Assembly (NCBI GenBank): GCA_964585685.1
Contig: CAZPEP010000039.1
Coordinates: 21,043-85,042 of the forward strand
Direction: 5' to 3'
DNA length: 64,000 nucleotides
From: an uncultured Eubacteriales bacterium
GTDB taxonomy: Bacteria; Acidobacteriota; Aminicenantia; Aminicenantales; Saccharicenantaceae
How positions within the stretch are numbered: the stretch's first letter is position 1; the number at the start of each line of letters is the position of its first letter. The notes beneath the pieces were generated by a model. That model was not told the DNA's origin. It saw only the letters and a program-made list of their open reading frames with translations, and searched no databases. Of this stretch, positions 17,224 to 27,312 are shown piece after piece. Position numbers and translations under genes: made by a program.

Positions 17224-19377
17224 CTAGACCCGTTCCGCCGAAAAGATCTCCCTGATCTCCGCCAGCCCGGCGAGGATGGCCTCGAGGTGGCGGATGTCCC
17301 GTACGCTCATCTCCAAACAGAGGTTCCCTCTCTTGTTGGCGAAGGTCGCGACCTCGGCCTTCGTGATGTTCCCTTCGAGCCGCGAGATGACCGTCGCCAC
17401 CTTCGCCAGGACGCCGGGCGAGTCCTCGGTCTTGACAAGGAGCTTCGCCTTGAAACTTCCCTTGAAACGGTCGTCCCAAGCCACGGCCACCATCCTTTGC
17501 CCGTCCAAAACCTCCTTGACCACGAGCGGGCACCGCAGGGAGTGGACGGTGATCCCTTTGCCGACGGTGATGTAGCCGGTCACGGGTTCCCCTTTGATCG
17601 GGGTACAGCACCGGCCCAGGTGGATCATGGGATCGTCCAGGCTCCGGACCAGGAGCGCGGGCTGTTTCTTCCCGGTCACGGTGGACATGACCCGGCCCAG
17701 GAAGGACTCCTTCCTGGGAGGCATCCCGGCCGTAGGGACGAGGCTTTCGAGGAACCGGCGGTCGATGACGATTTTTCCCAGCCCGGCCTCCCGGTAGAAT
17801 TCGTCCATGGAGCCGAGCTTCTTGTTCAGGGCGGCGGATAGCCGGTCGAGGAGGGCCTCTTCTTTCGTGAGCTCGGCCGGGAGCTTGACCCGGGCTGTCT
17901 CGCGCGCCCAGAGTTTCTTCCCCAGGGTCAGGCTCTTCGTCCGACTCCGGTCGTTCAGCCAGCGCTTGATCTGGTGGCGGGCGTCGGAGGTCGAGGCCAC
18001 GGCCAGCCAGCTCCGGGTCGGGACCCGGTCCGGGGCGGTCTCGATCTCGACGATGTCGCCGGTTTTGAGGGCCGTCTTCAGCGGGGCGGCCGTGCCGTTG
18101 ATCCGAGCCTCGGCGGCGTGGAGGCCGATCTCGGTATGGATCTTGAAGGCGAAGTCCAGGGCCGTCGCCCCGGGCGGGAGGCTTACGGCCTTCCCCTTGG
18201 GGGTAAAGACATAGACCTCCTCCGGGATGAGGTTGGTCTTCAGGTCCTTCAGAAACTCCCGCGGGTTCTTCTGCTCCTCGTACAGGGCGACCATCTCCCT
18301 CAGCCAGTGGAGCCGCTTGTCGTCCTTCATCAGGCTCTGCGGCTCGCCTTCCTTGTACTTCCAGTGGGCCGAGATCCCGTTCTCGGCAAGGTCGTGCATC
18401 TCCCGCGTCCGGATCTGGATCTCGAACGTCTTCTTGTCCTCGGTGATGACGGTCGTGTGGAGGGCCTGGTACAGGTTGGGCTTGGGCATGGCGATGAAGT
18501 CGCGGAACCGCTGCGGCAGGTGCGGCCACTTCTGGTGGATGATTCCAAGGGCGGCGTAGCAGTTCTTGACGGTGTCCGTGATAAGGCGGAGAGCCAGAAA
18601 ATCGTAGACCTGGTCGAACCCGATGTCGCGCCGCTTCATTTTGCTCCAGACGCTATACGGCCGCTTCGTCCTGGAGAAGATGTCGGCCGGGACACCGTTC
18701 TCCTTCATCAGGTCATCGAGGGTCCGCTTGAACTGGCGAAGCTCCTTTTCGCCGGTCTTCGCCAGCGGCTCGACAAGGGCGGCGACCTTGAAGTACTCCT
18801 CCGGGGCGACATAGCGGAAGGACAGGTCCTCGAGCTCCGCCCGGATCTTCCCCATGCCCAAGCGGTTGGCGATCGGGGCGTAGATCTCGAGGGTCTCCCG
18901 GGCCACCCGCATCTGCTTCTCCCCGTCCAGGAACTTGAGGGTCTTGAGGTTGTGGGTCCGGTCGGCCAACTTGATGAAGATGACCCGCAAGTCGTCGGTC
19001 ATGGCCAGGATGATCTTCTGGATGGTCTCGGCCCGCCGGGCCTCGGGCGAGGCCTCCTGGACGCGGCTGATCTTCGTTACCCCCTCGACGAGGGCGTCGA
19101 CCTCCTTGCCGAAGGATTCGCGAATCTCGGCGGCGGTCACGTCGGTGTCCTCCAGGACGTCGTGGAGGAGGCCGGCGACGAGCGTTGTCCGGTCGAGGTT
19201 CATGTCGGCCAGCATCCCGGCGACCTCGAGGGGGTGGCTCAGGTACGGCTCGCCGGACCGGCGGATTTGGCCCTTGTGGGCGCGGGCCGCGAAGACGTAG
19301 GCCTTCTGGAGGACGGCGACGTCCTTCTCGCCGAGCCGGGGCGTGACCTTTTCGAGGATGTCGTCGAACCGGATCAT
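17224..19377 (-). CDS. relA: Bifunctional (p)ppGpp synthetase/hydrolase, long RSH (RelA/SpoT)
   Basis: HKGQIRRSGEPYLSHP, LLHDVLEDT hydrolase, YQALHT/EIQIRT synthetase, TGS (VFTPKG), RCCTP zinc finger, ACT; ATG overlaps the gmhB stop. Confidence 0.96.
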   Translation of the reverse strand: MIRFDDILEKVTPRLGEKDVAVLQKAYVFAARAHKGQIRRSGEPYLSHPLEVAGMLADMNLDRTTLVAGLLHDVLEDTDVTAAEIRESFGKEVDALVEGVTKISRVQEASPEARRAETIQKIILAMTDDLRVIFIKLADRTHNLKTLKFLDGEKQMRVARETLEIYAPIANRLGMGKIRAELEDLSFRYVAPEEYFKVAALVEPLAKTGEKELRQFKRTLDDLMKENGVPADIFSRTKRPYSVWSKMKRRDIGFDQVYDFLALRLITDTVKNCYAALGIIHQKWPHLPQRFRDFIAMPKPNLYQALHTTVITEDKKTFEIQIRTREMHDLAENGISAHWKYKEGEPQSLMKDDKRLHWLREMVALYEEQKNPREFLKDLKTNLIPEEVYVFTPKGKAVSLPPGATALDFAFKIHTEIGLHAAEARINGTAAPLKTALKTGDIVEIETAPDRVPTRSWLAVASTSDARHQIKRWLNDRSRTKSLTLGKKLWARETARVKLPAELTKEEALLDRLSAALNKKLGSMDEFYREAGLGKIVIDRRFLESLVPTAGMPPRKESFLGRVMSTVTGKKQPALLVRSLDDPMIHLGRCCTPIKGEPVTGYITVGKGITVHSLRCPLVVKEVLDGQRMVAVAWDDRFKGSFKAKLLVKTEDSPGVLAKVATVISRLEGNITKAEVATFANKRGNLCLEMSVRDIRHLEAILAGLAEIREIFSAERV

Positions 19378-19973
19378 CGGCTTTCCGTATCGTCGGCGCG
19401 TTCCTGTTCGCGGGCCAGGATCCAGTCCGCGGCCGCGCCCAGGTCGGGCGCGATATGGGCCGGCTCGACCCCCTCCCGGCGGAGGGCTTCGCGGGAGGCT
19501 TCTCCGTAGCCCGTCAGGACGAGGACGGGCCGGACGCCGGCGTTCAGCCCGAAACGGACGTCCTCGACCTTGTCGCCGACCATATAGGAACCCTCGAGGT
19601 CGAGGCCGAACTCCTCCCGGGCCCGGATGGCCATCCCCGGGAACGGCTTGCGGCAGGCGCAATCGATATCGTAGGCTGGGGATGAAGACCCCACGAAATG
19701 GGGGCAGTAATAGACCGCATCGATCCGGGCGCCCGCGGCGGTGAAGTCCGCCCGCATCCTGTCGTGGATGACGTGGAGTTCATCCTCCGTGAAGAATCCC
19801 CTGCCGACCCCGGACTGGTTGGTGATGACGACGACCGTCAGGCCGGCCGCGTTGAGCTTGCGTACGGCCTCGTAGCTGTAGGGATAGATGTGGACCTGAT
19901 CATATCGTCCCGGGTAGCCGACGTCCTCGTTGAGCGTCCCGTCCCGGTCCAGGAATACGGCCCGGCGCTTCAC
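19374..19973 (-). CDS. gmhB: D-glycero-D-manno-heptose 1,7-bisphosphate phosphatase
   Basis: AVFLDRDGTL, ITNQSGVGRG, YCPH...CACRKP, MVGDKVED; GTG overlaps the waaF stop. Confidence 0.92.
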   Translation of the reverse strand: MKRRAVFLDRDGTLNEDVGYPGRYDQVHIYPYSYEAVRKLNAAGLTVVVITNQSGVGRGFFTEDELHVIHDRMRADFTAAGARIDAVYYCPHFVGSSSPAYDIDCACRKPFPGMAIRAREEFGLDLEGSYMVGDKVEDVRFGLNAGVRPVLVLTGYGEASREALRREGVEPAHIAPDLGAAADWILAREQERADDTESR

Positions 19974-20971
19974 AGGAGCCTCCGCCCCGCTTCGAAGGCC
20001 TCTTCCGGCCCGATCCGTATCATGCAGCGGTGGTCGTAGGGGCATTTCCGGTAGAGGCACGGCCAGCACGGGACGTCGATCTTCAGGACGGCCGAGCGTG
20101 CCCGGCCGGGTCCGGTCGCGACGGGGTCCGTCGGGCCGAAGATCGAGAGGATGGGAGTGCCCAGCGCGTCGGCGATGTGCATGGGCCCGGTGTCGTTGGT
20201 CACGAACAGGCGGCCCAGGCCGATGAGAGCGACGAGCTCGCGAAGGGATGTCTGTCCGGCGAGGTTCAGGGCCGGCCTTTCCAGGCCCGCGGCGACGGCG
20301 CCGGCGATGTCCCGTTCCTCGGCCGAGCCGACGATCAAGATATCGGCGCCGGCTCGCACCTGGAAAAGAAGGCCGAGCGAAGCGAACCGGCCGGCCGGCC
20401 ACCTCTTGGCCGGGCCGTAGGCGGCGCCGGGGTTGAGGATAACAAGCGGCCGGGAACGGTCCCGCCCGGCCTCGTCGAGCATCCGTTCCGCGGCGGCCTT
20501 TTCCTCCGGCGTCACCTTCAGCCCGGACTCGGTGAAGGCGGCGGCGAACCCGAGCCCTGCGAGCAGTTCGAGGTAATAGTCCCGCTGATGGCGGGACTCG
20601 ATCGCTTCTTTCACGCGGACGCGACGCGTCAGGAGAAGTCTCCGACCGTCCCGGACGTACCCCCAGCGTTCGGGGATGCCGGCGAGCCTGAGGATCAGGG
20701 CGGAGCTGAAGGAATTCGTCAGAAGAAGGCCGGCGTCGAACCGGTGGGCCTTGAGCGCGGCCGCGGCCGCCTTGAGTTCCATGAGGCTCCGGGTCCGGGG
20801 GATGGGCAGGATGCCCCGGACGCCGAGATCGGCGGAGACGATGTCCCCGACCCACGGCTCGCCCGCCACCCAGACCTCGATACCGGGCCCCGAGGCCGCG
20901 AGCGACTCGAAGACAGGCAGGGCCATGACGGCGTCCCCGATCCAGTTCGGCATCCGGACGACCAGCTTCAT
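19970..20971 (-). CDS. waaF: Lipopolysaccharide heptosyltransferase II (GT9)
   Basis: PNWIGDAVM, LNPGAAYGPAKRWP, VTNDTGPMHIA, CWPCLYRKCP. Confidence 0.92.
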   Translation of the reverse strand: MKLVVRMPNWIGDAVMALPVFESLAASGPGIEVWVAGEPWVGDIVSADLGVRGILPIPRTRSLMELKAAAAALKAHRFDAGLLLTNSFSSALILRLAGIPERWGYVRDGRRLLLTRRVRVKEAIESRHQRDYYLELLAGLGFAAAFTESGLKVTPEEKAAAERMLDEAGRDRSRPLVILNPGAAYGPAKRWPAGRFASLGLLFQVRAGADILIVGSAEERDIAGAVAAGLERPALNLAGQTSLRELVALIGLGRLFVTNDTGPMHIADALGTPILSIFGPTDPVATGPGRARSAVLKIDVPCWPCLYRKCPYDHRCMIRIGPEEAFEAGRRLL

Positions 20972-21046
20972 CCTCTCCATTTTATCATTATTATGCCGGG
21001 CATACGAGGCGCGGGCTCATACCCTCCTCCTCCGGCCCGTCCGGGA

Positions 21047-22456
21047 TCATTCGGCGGCCGGTTCCGATCTGATGACGGGCCGTTTTCCGGAAGGCTCGGG
21101 ATCTATCCGGTCCAAGAGCTTGATCGTTACGGACATCCCCGGGCCGAGCCAGACTTCGAGGTCGCGGGCGATCCGGTCCGACATCGCGGCGCTGAAAGAA
21201 CCCGCCGGGACGATCAGAAGGTCGATGGATCCCTGGGCCCTCTGCACGGCCTGGAATTCCCAGATGTGCGGATGGGCGCCCCCGGGCCGCATGAAGAAGG
21301 ACCCGAAGCTCCCGGGCGAGACGATCCTGCCGGAAGGCAGGCGGAGGATCTCATTCCCGCGTCCTTCGACGCCCAGCAGGGTCGGAAAGCCCCGCCCGCA
21401 GGGGCACGGGGGACCCGCGGCGCCCCAATCCCCGGTTTCATAATTGATGAAAGGCATCACCTTGTTCGTCAGGTCGGTGACCAGGATGCGGCCCGTCTCG
21501 CCGAGGCGGGCGGTGGTCCCGTCCGGCCGGACGACCCGCAGGATCGCCTTTTCGCTGTTCACGTGCAGGAGGCCGGGATTGTCGGGGCAGGTCTGCGCCA
21601 TATGCAGCACCTCGAGGGAGGAATAATGGTTCACGACACGGCAGCGGAAGGCCCGCTCGATCAGGTCCTGCCGCGACGGGGTGAGCGTCTCCCCGTAGGA
21701 CATGACGACCCGGGGAAGCGACGGCAGTTCCGACCCCGAATCGAGGATCCGAGCCGCGAGCCAGGCCGCATAGGAAGGGAACGCGAAAATGAAATATCCC
21801 CGTTTTCCCGTGTCCCCGACCAGGGAGAGAAATCCCGGCAGGGTCATGTCGGGGCCGGAGAGTCGCATCACATTTTCGCCGAGAAGCCATCTTCGCAACC
21901 GGGGAGATCTTCCGAGAGAATGGGCCCGAAAGGCCTCGTTTTTTAAATATCCGCTGAAATGGGGAGGGGCGGCGATCTGGAGCCGCGTCAGCCACAAGGG
22001 CGCGCCCGCCCATTCCCTGAAGAAAAGAAAGGATGCCACCCAAGCATCGATCGCGGACCGGTCGGCAAAGAACTCTAGGGGGAGTCCGGACGATCCAGAC
22101 GTGCGCTTCCGGTAGAGGCGGCCGGCGGGGAGGTCGTCGGCGACTGTCCGGGACGGAAAGGCCGCGCGGAGCATGGCTTTCGTGATCACGGGAAAGCGTT
22201 CGAGGTCGGCCGCCCGGGCGACCCTCTCCGCGGCCATTCCCGCGTCCGCGAAATGTTCGCGGTAAAAGGGTACGTGGGTGCCGGCATGGATCAAGAGGCC
22301 CTTCAGCTTCGCCTCAGCGCGGTCCTCCAGTTCCTCGGACGATCGCCACTGAAGCTTCCGCAGGTTCAGCCATTCCTCCCGGATCCGCCGCCCGCTCAAC
22401 CGGTCGTAGAGCGGGAGGACGATCCCGGGAGCGAACCGACGAAAGATCGCGACCAT
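21047..22456 (-). CDS. Phenylacetate-CoA ligase-like / CapK family adenylate-forming enzyme
   Basis: HVPFYREHF, RTSGSSGLP, YSSLEV, MPFINYETGD, VEGRGNE; start moved to MVAIF. Confidence 0.85.
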   Translation of the reverse strand: MVAIFRRFAPGIVLPLYDRLSGRRIREEWLNLRKLQWRSSEELEDRAEAKLKGLLIHAGTHVPFYREHFADAGMAAERVARAADLERFPVITKAMLRAAFPSRTVADDLPAGRLYRKRTSGSSGLPLEFFADRSAIDAWVASFLFFREWAGAPLWLTRLQIAAPPHFSGYLKNEAFRAHSLGRSPRLRRWLLGENVMRLSGPDMTLPGFLSLVGDTGKRGYFIFAFPSYAAWLAARILDSGSELPSLPRVVMSYGETLTPSRQDLIERAFRCRVVNHYSSLEVLHMAQTCPDNPGLLHVNSEKAILRVVRPDGTTARLGETGRILVTDLTNKVMPFINYETGDWGAAGPPCPCGRGFPTLLGVEGRGNEILRLPSGRIVSPGSFGSFFMRPGGAHPHIWEFQAVQRAQGSIDLLIVPAGSFSAAMSDRIARDLEVWLGPGMSVTIKLLDRIDPEPSGKRPVIRSEPAAE

Positions 22457-22540
22457 ATTATCAGGAAGCATAGAACACGGAGGCGTTGCCGGTCAATGCG
22501 ACAAACCCCTCATCACGCGGCGAACGGTCCGGGAACCGGC

Positions 22541-24493
22541 TTACAGGCTTGCGGCGAATTCCTCGGCGAAGATCTGGATTCCGAGGGCGAGGTTCATGGC
22601 CCATGACGCGCCCATCCGGCTGAAGTCCGGGCGTCCGTCGGACAGCCGTTCTCGAAGGCCGTCGATCTCCCGGCGCCTGAAGAGACCCACCTTCTTCAGG
22701 GCTTCCGGGGACAACGCCGCTTCAACGAACGGGGGCCACGTCTCCCCGAACAGCCAGTGTTCGACCGGCGGATCGAAGGCCTTCTTCTTCCGGCGGCGCA
22801 GGGATTCGGGCATGCTCCCGGTCATTGCTTCCCGCAGGAGGTGCTTTTCCCTGAAGCCGCGGAGGAGCAAGCCCGAAGGGACGGCGGCCGTCAATTCCAC
22901 GAGACGGTGGTCGAGGAAGGGGACCCGTTCCTCCACGGAATGGGCCATCGACACCCGGTCCTCCAGAGCCAGCACCCAAGCCTCAAGGCGGGAGCGCTGT
23001 TCGAAGAGCAGATCGCGATGGAGCGGGTCCCGGATACGACCGACTACGAGATCCGGCGGCGGCTCGGGGAGCGTTTCGGCCTCCGACGGGTCCGCGGAAA
23101 GCCCGGCGGCGGCCGCCGGGTCGAGCAGGGCGTTCCAGGCGCCGGCGAGAAGCGCCCATTGGCCGCTCCAAGGGGGCACAAGCCCGTATCGCCCTTCCAG
23201 GACCGGTTCGGCCTTCCACCAGGAAAGCAGGGCGCCGTAAAAATCAGGGTCCCGCCACCGGAGCCACGAGCCGACCCCGAGACGCCGCCAGAAGAGGTGC
23301 CGGCCCGGCAGACTCCGCCTCATCCTGGCCGTCTTGAAGGCGCTGTATCCGGCCAAGGTCTCGTCCGCGCCCTGGCCGGAGAGAACGACCTTGAGACCCG
23401 CCTGGCGAACCGCCCGAGCCAGCCGGTATTGGCAGAAGGCCGCGGTGTAAAGCTGCGGCGCTTCCGTGGCGCGGATGGTCCCGCGATAATCGACCTCGTC
23501 GATAGCCTCCTGCGGCACTCGGACGTGCCGGGAGCGCATCGTCCTTGCCGCCAGATCGGAGAATTCGGACTCGTCGAAACCGGCATCGGCCTTAGAGAAC
23601 GTCATCGAGAAGGTGGAAAGCGGCTCCGTCTTTTGGGCGCTTGCCCGCATGGCGACGCTCACCGAATCGATCCCTCCCGAAACGTAGCTTCCGACGGGGA
23701 CGTCCGCGGTCAGATGGTCCCGGACGACCTCGTCGAACAGGCTGCGCATCCGATCCGCCGCTTCGGCGCCGAGATCGGAGCCTTCCCGATCCGCGGTGCC
23801 GGCCGGACCGGGGTAGGGAACGGAGAAATACCTCCTGGGCTTTCCGGCGGCCCCCGGGCCGAAAGACTGCCAACAGCCGGGGAGGAGATATTCGACCCCA
23901 CGGAACATGGTGCGCGGAGGCATCGGATAGCCAGCCGTCCCCAGGTCCCGGAGCGCCCTCGGATCGATCCGGGGTTCGATCCGGCCGCTCGCGAGGAGGG
24001 CCTTGGCCTCCGAGGCGAAGAGGAGGAGGCCGCCCGCACGGGCCAGCAGCAGAGGCTTGATGCCGAAGCGGTCGCGGGCTAGGAGAAGCCGCCGTTCCTT
24101 CCGGTCCCAAAGGGCGAAGGAGAACATCCCGGTGAGTTTCGGGGCGATCTCCGGGCCCAATTCCTCGTATAAGTGCGGGAGGACCTCGGAATCGCTTTGA
24201 TTGATCAGGCGGTGACCCCGCGAAAGAAGCCCTTTCCGGATGTCCCGGTAATTGTAGAGTTCCCCGTTCATGATGCCGATGATCTGCCCGTCCTCGCTCG
24301 AGACCGGCATGCGGCCGTTCGCGACGTCGATGATGGCGAGCCGCGTGTTCCCCAACCCGCAATGGGGATCGACGAACCGCCCCTCGCCGTCGGGGCCCCG
24401 GTGGGCCAGGGCCGCCAGCATCCGGGAGATGAGATCGTTCCCCTCGTCGAGGCCGATCCCGTCCGCGGCGAAGTATCCTGCGATGCCGCACAT
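22541..24493 (-). CDS. asnB: Asparagine synthase (glutamine-hydrolysing) family amidotransferase
   Basis: N-terminal MCGIAG, HRGPDG, RDRFGIKPL, SGGIDS, VLSGQGADE, EERVPFLDH. Confidence 0.92.
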   Translation of the reverse strand: MCGIAGYFAADGIGLDEGNDLISRMLAALAHRGPDGEGRFVDPHCGLGNTRLAIIDVANGRMPVSSEDGQIIGIMNGELYNYRDIRKGLLSRGHRLINQSDSEVLPHLYEELGPEIAPKLTGMFSFALWDRKERRLLLARDRFGIKPLLLARAGGLLLFASEAKALLASGRIEPRIDPRALRDLGTAGYPMPPRTMFRGVEYLLPGCWQSFGPGAAGKPRRYFSVPYPGPAGTADREGSDLGAEAADRMRSLFDEVVRDHLTADVPVGSYVSGGIDSVSVAMRASAQKTEPLSTFSMTFSKADAGFDESEFSDLAARTMRSRHVRVPQEAIDEVDYRGTIRATEAPQLYTAAFCQYRLARAVRQAGLKVVLSGQGADETLAGYSAFKTARMRRSLPGRHLFWRRLGVGSWLRWRDPDFYGALLSWWKAEPVLEGRYGLVPPWSGQWALLAGAWNALLDPAAAAGLSADPSEAETLPEPPPDLVVGRIRDPLHRDLLFEQRSRLEAWVLALEDRVSMAHSVEERVPFLDHRLVELTAAVPSGLLLRGFREKHLLREAMTGSMPESLRRRKKKAFDPPVEHWLFGETWPPFVEAALSPEALKKVGLFRRREIDGLRERLSDGRPDFSRMGASWAMNLALGIQIFAEEFAASL

Positions 24494-24534
24494 GGTCATT
24501 TCATGATATCAAATTAAATTGGTATTGTATCCCC

Positions 24535-25641
24535 ATGAACATCATTGCGCCGCTCGCTATTCTGGTAACGCTATCCGGCGGCCCGCGCCCCGAGACCAAG
24601 ATCCCCTGTTACGCGTGGCTTGGCGGACCCGGTGAGGCTACGGACGCCCAGCTCGAGGCCAAATTCGCCGATCTCAAGAAGAAAGGGATCGACGGCCTGC
24701 TCTATTCGGCCGGTCACGACCCCGAAACCTACCGGCGGGTCGGAAAGCTCGTCAAAGCGGCGGGCATGAAGTTCGAGGCCTGGATCCCGACGCTCGTCCA
24801 AGGGAGGAACCCCAAACTGAAGCACGCGTGGTACGCCGTGAACGGGCTCTGCCAGTCGGCGTTCGACAAGCCCGCCTACGTCGACCATTACAAGTTTCTC
24901 TGCCCGAACCGCGAAGGGGTCTTCCTCTTCCTGGCCGACCTGTACGGCCGGATCGCGGAGGTTCCCGAGGTCGACGGCATCCACTTGGACTTCATCCGCT
25001 TTCCGGACGTCATCCTCGCCCGCGGACTGTGGAAGAAATACAGTCTCGTGATGGACCGGGAGGCCCCGCAATTCGACTACTGCTATTGTGACAAGTGCGT
25101 CGCCGACTTCAAGGCGAAGACGGACATCGACATCAGGGCCGTCAAGGACCCTTCGTCGATCGAGGCCTGGAAGCAATTCCGCTATGACCTCATCACGAAC
25201 CTTGTAAGCCGCCTGGCGAAGGAGGTCCGCTCGAAGAACAAGCGCATCACGGCCGCCGTGTTCCCCGGCCCGAATTCCGTCGCCCGAAAGATCGTCCGGC
25301 AGGAATGGGACAAATGGGACCTGGACGCCTTCTTCCCGATGAACTACAACGACTTCTATCTCGAGGGGACGAAGTGGATCGGCGCGATGTGCCAAGAGGG
25401 CGTGACTGCGCTTGGCAACAGGAAGCCGCTCTATAGCGGCCTGTTCATCTGCCCCGACCCGGCCGCCAAAGCCTCCGAGCCCGACCCCGAGAACCACGGT
25501 CTTGTGCCGGAAGAGCTCGAGGCCGCCGTCCGGGAGTCCATGGAGAACGGCGCGGCGGGGATCTGCCTGTTCACCCCCGACCGGATGACCGAAGCCGGCT
25601 GGGCCGTCTTCGAAAAGGCGATCCGAAACCGGGTCCGATAA
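24535..25641 (+). CDS. Glycoside hydrolase-like family 10 (GHL10/DUF187) exported protein
   Basis: FLCPN, VDGIHLDFIRFP, RQEWDKW, FPMNY motifs; short hydrophobic N-terminus. Confidence 0.75.
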   Translation: MNIIAPLAILVTLSGGPRPETKIPCYAWLGGPGEATDAQLEAKFADLKKKGIDGLLYSAGHDPETYRRVGKLVKAAGMKFEAWIPTLVQGRNPKLKHAWYAVNGLCQSAFDKPAYVDHYKFLCPNREGVFLFLADLYGRIAEVPEVDGIHLDFIRFPDVILARGLWKKYSLVMDREAPQFDYCYCDKCVADFKAKTDIDIRAVKDPSSIEAWKQFRYDLITNLVSRLAKEVRSKNKRITAAVFPGPNSVARKIVRQEWDKWDLDAFFPMNYNDFYLEGTKWIGAMCQEGVTALGNRKPLYSGLFICPDPAAKASEPDPENHGLVPEELEAAVRESMENGAAGICLFTPDRMTEAGWAVFEKAIRNRVR

Positions 25642-25760
25642 ACCCCGTTCGTGAACACCCGGCTCGATGTCCCGGGCCCGAAGAGCGGGCGGCAGTCTAT
25701 CGGGACGACGACCTGTCACAAGGGAAGGAAGGGACGTAGGCCGTCTGGGGCTCCAAGGGG

Positions 25761-25793
25761 GCGCGAGACTAGCGGGGCGTGCGCGAGACCAGC
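25761..25793. repeat. Short direct repeat between convergent genes
   Basis: GCGCGAGAC(T/C)AGC at 25761-25773 and 25781-25793. Confidence 0.5.
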
Positions 25794-25794
25794 C

Positions 25795-26130
25795 CTAGTC
25801 TGCAGATGCGGCGGGCGAGTCCTTCTTTGCCGTTTCCGCCTTGGCCTCAGATTTCGATCCTGTTTTTTCCGGGGCCGTTTTGGCCGGCTTGTCCGCCGGC
25901 TTGTCGGCCGGCGCCTGATCCTGGGCCTTTTCTTCCTTGGTCGGGGTGTTCTTATGGGCGTAATCGGTGATGTAGAAGCCGGAGCCCTTGAACTGGATGG
26001 CTGGCGAAGAGATGAGCTTCACCAGCGGGCCGCCGCACTTCTGGCATTTCTGGAGCGGCTTGTCCCTGAGCTTCTGCAGGGCTTCAGTCCGGGCGCCGCA
26101 GGTCTTGCACTTGTATTCATGAATAGGCAC
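25795..26130 (-). CDS. FmdB family zinc-ribbon protein
   Basis: PIHEYKCKTCG...CQKCGG...FKGSGFYITDY; Ala/Lys/Pro tail; GTG start. Confidence 0.9.
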   Translation of the reverse strand: MPIHEYKCKTCGARTEALQKLRDKPLQKCQKCGGPLVKLISSPAIQFKGSGFYITDYAHKNTPTKEEKAQDQAPADKPADKPAKTAPEKTGSKSEAKAETAKKDSPAASAD

Positions 26131-26399
26131 GGTCGTTATCTTCCTTAAGCCATAGTAAGCCACATATTGTAACATAACTTAACGCAAAATACGCGGGATG
26201 GCGCATGGACTCACGTAACATGTTATCGAAGGAAAGGCTGTTGAATCATATCCCCTGGCGAGGGATCGCAGGCGATGACGAACGGCTTTGGTTTTTCGCT
26301 ATTTATCGCCCCAGGAAATTGACAAGGGGAATTATTAATTCGGCAGGATAAGACCCGTGATATACTCATATCTATAACTTTCGGCGGGTACGGTTACAA

Positions 26400-27257
26400 A
26401 TGACCAGTCGAACGGTGACCGCACTGATCAATGAAAAACGGCAGAGCTTTCCTCAGGGGACGACTTTGGCACAGTTGGCAAAGGATTTTCTTCCCGCCGC
26501 GGACGTCCTTGTTGTCAACGGCTTCCCGGAAGATCAGGCGTATGTGGTCAAGGACAGAGACAGGATCGTGTTGATTCAAAAAGGCCGAACCCCCTCGGAT
26601 AAAGAACTGGAGACGCTTCTGGTTGCCCGTCACTCTCCGGGCATTTATGAACGGGTCCGGAAGGCCGCCGTAGGCATTGCCGGCCTGGGGGGGCTGGGCT
26701 CGGCCGTGGCCATCAGCCTGGCCCGGACGGGGATCGGCCGGCTCATTCTTGCCGATTATGATGTGGTCGAACCCAGCAACTTGAACCGCCAGCAGTATCT
26801 TATCAAGCACCTGGGGATGGCCAAGACCCAAGCGCTCCAGGAAATGCTGGCCGAAATCAATCCTTGGGTCGAAGTTACGACCGTCAACCTCGAGTTGGAT
26901 CCACAGAATATCCCGGGAGTTTTCCGCTCTGCGGATATCATCGTCGAGTGCTTTGATGATGCCATGGCCAAGTCCATGCTCTTGGGATCGGTTCGCGAAG
27001 CCCTCCCTCAGGCTTATCTTATTCTCGCTTCGGGATTAGCCGGGTACGGGGATAGTAATTCCATTCGGACCTGGAGAATGGGCGAGCGGACCTTTGTAGT
27101 CGGGGACCTTAAGAGCGCGGCAGGGCCTGGCCATGGCCTCATGGCTCCCCGGGTCGGCATCGCGGCGCATCACCAAGCCAATTTGGTCATCAGCTTGCTC
27201 GTGTCTCCGGAGAGGACACGGGACGAGACGGAAGATCTCTTGGGAAAGCCGATCTAA
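26400..27257 (+). CDS. thiF: ThiF-family sulfur-carrier adenylyltransferase with an N-terminal ThiS-like domain
   Basis: GIAGLGGLGS, DYDVVEPSNLNRQQY, MAPRVGIAAHHQAN; N-terminal beta-grasp segment. Confidence 0.85.
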   Translation: MTSRTVTALINEKRQSFPQGTTLAQLAKDFLPAADVLVVNGFPEDQAYVVKDRDRIVLIQKGRTPSDKELETLLVARHSPGIYERVRKAAVGIAGLGGLGSAVAISLARTGIGRLILADYDVVEPSNLNRQQYLIKHLGMAKTQALQEMLAEINPWVEVTTVNLELDPQNIPGVFRSADIIVECFDDAMAKSMLLGSVREALPQAYLILASGLAGYGDSNSIRTWRMGERTFVVGDLKSAAGPGHGLMAPRVGIAAHHQANLVISLLVSPERTRDETEDLLGKPI

Positions 27258-27312
27258 TCGTTGTAGATTTAATGCCCTTGATTTTCAGGACTGAATCTGC
27301 AGCCTTCGGAGT

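Noticed and set aside
14019-19662. N-terminal extensions on dnaA (to 15530) and relA (to 19662), and similar ones on other genes
   Set aside because: The extensions run through promoters, DnaA boxes or upstream genes. Internal ATGs with an RBS or stop/start overlap fit family lengths.
21552-21566. parS-like TGTTCACGTGCA
   Set aside because: It is an incomplete palindrome inside a CDS and does not match GTTTCACGTGAAAC.
21047-24493. Lasso peptide or other RiPP cluster (AsnB-like cyclase, with a radical SAM elsewhere in the window)
   Set aside because: AsnB has an intact N-terminal Cys glutaminase domain (MCGIAG). I saw no precursor, B1/B2 protein or exporter, and the radical SAM is 20 kb away without SPASM.
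26131-26399. TPP riboswitch or att site before thiF
   Set aside because: There is no GCTGAGA core, and no direct repeat matches the right island boundary beyond a chance 9-mer (TTCCTTAAG).
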